From Podarcis muralis (lineage: Eukaryota), in NCBI RefSeq assembly GCF_964188315.1, contig NC_135660.1:36518001-36582000 (forward strand): DNA of 64,000 nt. Reading direction: 5' to 3'. The notes below the pieces were generated by a model, which ran no database searches, had not been told where the DNA came from, and saw nothing but the letters and a program-made list of their open reading frames with translations. Below, piece by piece: positions 59,301 to 64,000 of the stretch. Position 1 is the stretch's first letter. Every line of letters starts with the position of its first letter. Position numbers and translations under genes: made by a program.

Positions 59301-61243
59301 GTAACTTGCAGCACGGGGCAAAGGGCACTACCAGACAGTTCATTGGTTTATCACATACCTTGGGCAGAGCAGGAAGTAATGACTTGCTGCATCTGAGCTG
59401 CATGGCCTGGTGATGGAAGGAAAGCTTTAGTGACAAGAAAACAGCCTATGAAACAGGGCCAAAGTGATAAGTCCATGCAAAAGCAGGGAAAATGCAAGTT
59501 GGACTAGTGGCAGGAGATTGAAGAGTATCATTCTTAGCAGTTCCTGTTTAAAGTCCCAGCCAGCCAACCATACCCTCCTCCAGGACAGGTCATTCCATCT
59601 CCCCTCCCAAACACCAGTTGCCTGTTCTTCTCCAACTGAAATTGAACATCACCTCCTTATGTCCAACCCATGGTCTGAATAGAGCCAACATGGTACAAGT
59701 AAGATAACTGTGAAAGGTAGCCTTTGCCATCTGTCATGGATGCTTCAGCTGAGATTCCTGCATTGCAAGGGGTTGGACTAAATGACCCTCGGAATCCCTT
59801 CCAACTCTATAATCCTATGATTCTAAAATTTGTATAATAGTATATATGTAGACTCTGCTCCGACTTTTGATGAATGCAACTTGGCAGCAAGGATAATGGA
59901 TTCAATCCCTACTCTGTGCATTCACAGAACTCTCTCTCTCATATATCTTAACAGGTCCATGGTTTTATATAATTTTAAATTAAAATACTAGTCCCCTTCC
60001 CCCCTCCAAGCATGGAAGATAGACCAGTCTACATCAATGGACACACTGAGTTGCATCCCTTTTCTTTCAAAGATCAGTATATTGGCAGTCCCCAGAGAGA
60101 AGCTGGAGCATTTCAGCAATGTGTTTGCCATTCTGGGTACCACGTATCTTATGGCTGGCATGGCTCAGACCCATGAAAGATGATGAGATATCACTGCAAT
60201 GTGTGTGATGACGGCCCATGTGTTTGTTTTAATATGGCTCAATCTGCAATTGCATCATAGCATTCAGAAATACTGTAGGAGCACCGGCTGCTTCACGGTG
60301 TCAGACTTCATAAGTACAGTAATCTCGCTACACTGCCTGAAATTGATTTGTTGACACCTCCATGCTTGGTGCATGAAGATTTCTGGCAATACAACTGGAG
60401 ATCTTCAGTGAATACCTATGAGTTGGTGGAAGCCGCTGTAAAGTCTTGTTAGATCCGGTTGTAAAGCTAAAGAGCCTATTTCCCTCTGATCTGAAAATTT
60501 CATGCCCAGATTCTTGGTAGTTCCTTTGCTAGGACTCCTGCTCTGGAGCAGCTTTTATAGAACGAGGAGAAGAATGACTCTGCCTCTTGTACTGTGGTTT
60601 GAGATTAGCAAAATGGAATTATCTCACAATGTTTCCCAAACTTGGTCTCCAGCTGCTTTTCAACTTCAGTTCCCATCATCCCTGACTACTGGTCTTGCTA
60701 GCTAGGAAGGATGGGAGTTGTAGTCCAAAAACAGCTAGAGAACCAAGTTTGGAAAATACTGAAGAGTTATGCACACAGCCTAATATTTGGGTTTCTTAAT
60801 TCAGATTGCTAATATCTGTACTTGGCTGTTTCTGTAATTCGGGACTTTGGGAGCTCTCTCCTCCAGACTGCCTTCAGCACAGAAATCGCTAGCTCTGCAA
60901 ATGCCGCCATGTTGCTATGGGCATCAGGACCGGCTCTACTATTAGGTTGAGTGAGGACAGATTTTGCAATGCCATTAAATGGCAGCAGATTGCCAGTTGT
61001 TTACAATATCTGAGCAGCCTCTGTGAGTGGTGACAGTATTTGGACCTTATATTTCAGGCAGCAAAATCTATGGAGCCAATGATTAAACCTTCAAGAGACC
61101 CACCCCCAGCTGCCTTTAATGGGTATTAGAATACACTGAGCTGGACTGCATTTCTCACATGGAAACTCAAAGGGTGAGAGAAAATGACATACCATGAAGC
61201 TCATTTCCTAGTTTGTTGTTTCCATTGCCATCCCCTCGAAAGC
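37476..61243 (-). CDS. KY: Kyphoscoliosis peptidase (transglutaminase-like), 5'-partial: complement(join(37476..38380,39237..39427,41882..42070,48073..48190,49519..49627,51754..51836,55905..55952,57212..57286,59359..59424,61193..61243))
   Basis: Ten GT-AG exons in continuous frame (about 610 aa) follow human KY as recalled: QVITS..SQGT..TVEVH, AYPWD, RAIWTWICHHIEYD, CEGYAGLFEQMC, DHAWNAVYLDGRWHLVDSTWGSG, YNEFYFLTHPALF, ELHQPVGPSWFSE, VMVLENANH. The N-terminal MELKK...IDMLLIVHSE exon was not found, so it probably lies beyond 64000. Confidence 0.96.
39237..39427 (-). CDS. KY: KY exon YNEFYFLTHPALFINNHFPD...PIIQT
   Basis: 191 nt, phase 2 to 1. Confidence 0.97.
40254..40494. mobile_element. Tc1/mariner MITE
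   Basis: TA|CAGTGCTACCTCGAGTTAC ... GTAACTATAGGTACCACTG|TA. Confidence 0.9.
41521..41746. mobile_element. Tc1/mariner MITE, inverted relative to 40254
   Basis: TA|CAGTGGTACCTCAGGTTAA ... GTAACCCGAGGTACCACTG|TA. Confidence 0.92.
41882..42070 (-). CDS. KY: KY exon IAGVQCM...DHAWNAV...LVDSTWG...KFTF (catalytic His and Asp)
   Basis: 189 nt, phase 2-2. Confidence 0.98.
42635..43190 (-). mobile_element. CR1 LINE 3' fragment
   Basis: TAAGAACAT... tail on the + strand followed by CTTGATCAGG...CCATCTAG-like and TTCCATAGTTTAAC...TGTGTGAAGAAGT motifs typical of reversed CR1 3' ends. Confidence 0.75.
43390..43960 (+). mobile_element. Degenerate L2 LINE 3' fragment
   Basis: VTSRLDDCS remnant (L2 VTSRLDYCN), CATCACTGGTTACC (LHWLP region), T-rich tail. 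Confidence 0.65.
44130..44660 (+). mobile_element. Degenerate CR1 ORF2 3' fragment
   Basis: GCTCAGTG...AAAAGCAAATAAGATGTTAG...AAAGGGGAATAG and downstream motifs of CR1 ORF2. Confidence 0.6.
45624..46139 (+). mobile_element. 5'-truncated BovB (RTE-clade LINE), uninterrupted 3' ORF fragment
   Basis: AMTNLDSILKSRDITLPTKV...FELWCWRRLLRVPWTARRSN...YFGHLMRR...RRRGRQRTRWLD...[13 protein letters not shown], then CTGAACAACAAC tail; 12-bp TSD acacttgacaga at 45612-45623 and 46140-46151. Confidence 0.97.
47381..47665. mobile_element. hAT-type MITE
   Basis: CAGGGTGGAGAAC...TGTGGCCCTC start and GTGGCCCC...AAAAGGTT end; no clear TSD. Confidence 0.55.
48073..48190 (-). CDS. KY: KY exon (E)YDIVGFF...SICEGYAGLFEQMC (catalytic Cys)
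   Basis: 118 nt, phase 1 to 2. Confidence 0.97.
49519..49627 (-). CDS. KY: KY exon VTAKSTVEELV...RAIWTWICHHI
   Basis: 109 nt, phase 0 to 1. Confidence 0.97.
49804..50191. mobile_element. hAT-type MITE interrupted by a SINE
   Basis: TIRs CAGGTGTGGGGAACCT / AGGTTCCCTACACCTG. Confidence 0.75.
49840..50091 (-). mobile_element. tRNA-derived SINE (Squam3/MIR-like) with (CTT)n tail
   Basis: Minus strand GAGAGCCAGTGTGGTGTAGTGG (box A)...GGTTCGCATCTCC (box B)...CTGGGTGACCTTGGGCCAGTCAC core...CTCTTCTTCTTCTTC. Confidence 0.9.
51754..51836 (-). CDS. KY: KY exon (A)YPWDKSCLKSIPFDLKDFEKLDAYATK
   Basis: 83 nt, phase 1 to 0. Confidence 0.95.
54460..55010 (+). mobile_element. LTR-like repeat, diverged sister of 62190-63122
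   Basis: Shared blocks AGGCTG(A/G)ATGCCTGA, GGAATAGCCAGGC, GGGGTGTTAATGCT, AAACCA...AAAGACACCACA, CCTCATTCCAA(A)GGAAAC, GGTAAGC. Confidence 0.65.
54657..54779. mobile_element. 123-bp hAT MITE nested in the LTR-like repeat
   Basis: TIRs CAAGGTTACTAGA / TCTAGTAACCTTA; perfect 8-bp TSD cactagag at 54649-54656 and 54780-54787. Confidence 0.92.
55905..55952 (-). CDS. KY: KY exon (E)NRKRRPRPPGLKDQH
   Basis: 48 nt, phase 1-1; long polypyrimidine tract; aligns with human NGNTRPRQPGGKDAH. Confidence 0.9.
56370..56915 (-). mobile_element. Degenerate L1/Tx1-clade ORF2 (RT C-terminal) fragment
   Basis: FADGLMV...GLQVNFAKS...FRYLEVQITRNL...NYKALWRQINNDLRRW...KIAMIKMITLPKLTYLF...FIF...FPNLSSYY, with in-frame stops and a frameshift. 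Confidence 0.88.
57212..57286 (-). CDS. KY: KY exon (G)THVTVEVHARNSTPQLFKKLSFGK
   Basis: 75 nt, phase 1-1; aligns with human GTQLTVEVHPRDAMPQLLKKFSLAK. Confidence 0.92.
58623..58815. mobile_element. hAT MITE (TAGGG-type termini)
   Basis: TAGGGTTGTCA ... TGGCAGCCCTA; TSD tccaaggg / tcctaggg (7/8). Confidence 0.85.
59359..59424 (-). CDS. KY: KY exon (A)FLPSPGHAAQMQQVITSCSAQ
   Basis: 66 nt, phase 1-1; aligns with human QPQVITSYNSQ; AAG|GTATGT donor. Confidence 0.88.
59735..59825 (+). mobile_element. CR1 3' terminal fragment
   Basis: GGGGTTGGACTAAATGACCCTC...CCCTTCCAACTCT...CCTATGATTCT, the canonical CR1 3' end. Confidence 0.85.
60627..60761. mobile_element. hAT-type MITE (family of 6384)
   Basis: CAATGTTTCCCAAACTTGGTCTCCAGCTG ... 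CAGCTAGAGAACCAAGTTTGGAAAATACTG. Confidence 0.8.
61193..61243 (-). CDS. KY: KY exon (G)FRGDGNGNNKLGNELH (probable exon 2)
   Basis: 51 nt, phase 1-1; strong ttttgttgtttttttAG acceptor; aligns with human GFQGVGNG...GNDFH. Confidence 0.85.
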
Positions 61244-62189
61244 CTAAAAAAACAACAAAAGCAGTAAACTGTGTTATTTATTTATTTAACAAAAATTATG
61301 TGCTGTTGGATTGTAACAAAACCTTTAAGTGGCTTACAAGAAATATTAAAATTATCAATAAAGAAGTTAAGAACAATTAATTAAAAACTTTTTAAAAAAA
61401 CAATTAAAATAAGCAGTGAACTAAAAATCGGTTAAAACATGCCAACATTTCCGTGCCTGGAAAACACAAATGTTTTAAAGCAGGCACTGAAATGAATACA
61501 GAAAAGGCGCCTACTGATGTCAATAGGCAGGGAGTTTCAATCAATGGAGTTAAGTTACCCAAGTCAATGGGTCTACTTTGAGCATGATTAACATCAGATA
61601 TTGCTCATAACATTTTGGATTCATCCAACTAGCAAACTAACCAAACTGCTTAGAAACCCAAGCCTAAAAGCCACTAAGCTAGCATAATGAATTCACCATC
61701 CCCTAGAAGAGTATTTCATCATGGACAGCTACAACAACAGAGCACTCATAGCCTTTGTGTATATGATCTACTACTAGGACTGCTCTTAAGGCATACCTGC
61801 AAAAGCTCACTGTTCTTCCAAAGGTATGAATAGTTGGATGAAGTCAAAGACAAATTCTCAGCTGGGTTGTTGTTGTTTTTAAAAAGGCTGAGCTAAGGAA
61901 ATTAGAATGGTTTCCCTTTATACATTAAAGAAATGTGCATATGTATGCTTATTTTTCATCTTTCACAGTGCAATCTTCTAGATGTCTCCTCTGAAGTCCC
62001 ACTGGCTTCCATGGGATTTATTCCCAAGTAGCTGGGTACAGAGTTACAGTCTTATTGTCTTCCTGCAAATCCTGAGAAGCTGGAGGCACCGAAGTCCTGC
62101 TCAGCTCTCCCTTTGATCTCTGAGATTTCACCAAGAATTGAAAGCCTGCCCCTGGCACCATAAAGGTGTGATCACAGGATCATGACACA

Positions 62190-63122
62190 GCCTGTCTTGC
62201 AGAACTGGTGACAAAAGAGAAGTCAATGCTTTGGGGCGCTTGGAGATTTTGCCTAGAACTTTGTGGGGTTTTTTTGGTGTTTGCATGCGTACAAAATTGG
62301 GGGACGCGGGTGGCGCTGTGGGTAAAAGCCTCAGCGCCTAGGGCTTGCCGATCGAAAGGTCGGCAGTTCGAATCCCCGCGGCGGGGTGCACTCCCGTTGC
62401 TTGGTCCCAGCGCCTGCCAACCTAGCAGTTCGAAAGCACCTCCGAGTGCAAGTAGATAAATAGGGACCGCTTACTAGTGGGAAGGTAAACGGCGTTTCCG
62501 TGTGCGGCTCTGGCTCGCCAGAGCAGCGATGTCACGCTGGCCACATGACCCGGAAGTGTCTCCGGACAGCGCTGGCCCCCGGCCTCTTGAGTGAGATGGG
62601 CGCACAACCCTAGAGTCTGTCAAGACTGGCCCGTATGGGCAGGGGTACCTTTACCTTTACCTTTATGCGTACAAAATTAGGCTGGATGCCTGAGTCCCTT
62701 CTAATTCCTGGATCCAGCAAGGGTTAAAATCTCATGAAGGATTCAGTTGTTGGAATAGCCAGGCTAGCTTCTTGGTAATGGCCCTAGGTATGGGTCTTTA
62801 GTATAAGAAAGGAACCTGCTCTGCGCACGAGGGCAAATTGGCTGGTAGTGGCTGGTAGTGAGAAGGTCAAAGGCCAGAGTGGAGAGAGTGGGCTGGGCTA
62901 CAAGCAAGTAGATGCCTGAGAGTGATAGTCATGTCAAGGGTTGTGGCTATGGGAGAAACAAGTCCTTCTGGGGTGTTAATGCTATGAGCCCTTTCATCAT
63001 AGACTCAGTGTGTGTATATGTGTAAATAAACCATATGGCAAACAGACACCACAATATTCCCTGCCCCTCATTCCAAGGAAACCAAACCGTAGGTAAGCGA
63101 TTTGAAGCCCTGGAATCTTACA
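62190..63122 (+). mobile_element. LTR-like repeat interrupted by a Sauria SINE (left boundary approximate)
   Basis: AATAAA at about 63025, ends GGAATCTTACA; homologous to 54460-55010. Confidence 0.65.
62299..62664 (+). mobile_element. Full-length Sauria SINE
   Basis: tRNA-like head (box A TGGCGCTGTGG, box B GTTCGAATCCC), (ACCTTT)3 tail, perfect 14-bp TSD atgcgtacaaaatt at 62285-62298 and 62665-62678, many intact CpGs. Confidence 0.96.
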
Positions 63123-64000
63123 CTGCTGAGAGATTGTGCAACAATATATTCCTTTTCAAACTCTTTCTATGCTAGGGTGTGTGCATGCAGCTGTTAGTTT
63201 AAATTAAATGTACAGCATTTTCCCAAAGGAAGGAATGAACAAATGGGCTGGCTAGAACAAAAACACTCCCACCCCTCTCCAAACCTCCCCAGGGTAACTT
63301 CTGAAATGTGTTGGCTCATTCTCAAGGCCAAAATCTCCTTCTGTGTTTGTTTTGTGACCATATCCCTGCTACTCTTCCTTGTTTGGAAACAAACATACAA
63401 CCCTGAGTGCTTTGACTGATCCACCTCGCTGCAGCTGACCAGGGCACCACGGCGGAGTGATGAGTGAACAGCCTGCCTAAGGGAATTTGGAATGGCTTGA
63501 TATTGCAGACAGACAGTTTTCGTTATAAATAATGGCCACAACGCATCAGGTTTATGAAACACGTAAACACCTAATGCATCAGCACAAATTGGGATGTTAC
63601 ATTTATATTCCTGCTCTGAACTTTGTCCTTGGATATCTCAATCTCTTCTGGCCATTGAAAATAGTGACATTATTCTGACATTGCACTCTGCAGGAACAGC
63701 ACAAAATGAATGCAACATTAACCAAACCTAAGAATAAAAACGACGACTTGCCTGCCTTTTGGAATGGGGTGTGTGTGTGTTGTTTTAGTTTTTCTTTTTA
63801 TATTCGATTCCTATTTTGTGACTTTATACCATATGTATATTACTGAAAGACCAATACAAAATAAATAAATAATGGCGACAATCTAGCACAGACTTTCCAT
63901 TTGCTTTAAGATGTCATTGTTTTTCTTTAACACAACTCCTACATCTGCTCCGCTCACAAAGAAAGCAGGAGTTAAGAAATACAATTTAATGAGCAAGAGA

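Noticed and set aside
59574-59635. Possible KY exon with good splice sites
   Set aside because: The frame needed to join the next exon contains TGA; a better homologue lies at 61193-61243.
60820-60910. Segment ending ...RNSQ resembling a KY exon, with RFX- and YY1-like motifs
   Set aside because: The donor phase is incompatible, the true exon is at 59359-59424, and the segment abuts a MITE.
62299-62380. tRNA gene (also about 50020-50091)
   Set aside because: These are SINE heads: box A and B are present but continue into SINE bodies and tails, with no acceptor stem.
63194-63562. 122-aa minus-strand ORF as KY exon 1
   Set aside because: No similarity to MELKK...IDMLLIVHSE. A phase-1 GTGGGA donor near 63270 exists but nothing else supports it.

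Overview
Vertebrate genomic DNA, not prokaryotic. The repeats (Sauria SINE with (ACCTTT)n tail, BovB/RTE, CR1, L2, mariner and hAT MITEs) point to a squamate, probably a lacertid lizard. The window holds the conserved ANAPC13-CEP63-KY block. ANAPC13 (-) is complete: 74 aa, two coding exons plus an inferred non-coding exon. It lies head-to-head with CEP63 (+; 14 coding exons, 690 aa as assembled) on a very compact CpG-island bidirectional promoter. KY (kyphoscoliosis peptidase, -) converges on CEP63; ten coding exons (apparently exons 2-11) are present with an intact Cys-His-Asp triad, and exon 1 seems to lie beyond the right edge. Exon chains were assembled by hand from GT-AG sites, frame continuity and similarity to human proteins recalled from memory; no database search was run. 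There is a 142-N gap at 4772-4913. I found no clearly new multi-gene system. The most unusual items are: a solo-LTR-like element carrying an internal tRNA-Leu primer-binding site; a 23-bp pre-miRNA-like hairpin in a KY intron; a palindromic GC-rich 89-bp minisatellite; a 36-bp BovB micro-insertion; inverted MITE pairs that could form dsRNA or circRNA; and several candidate unannotated, poison or terminal exons.
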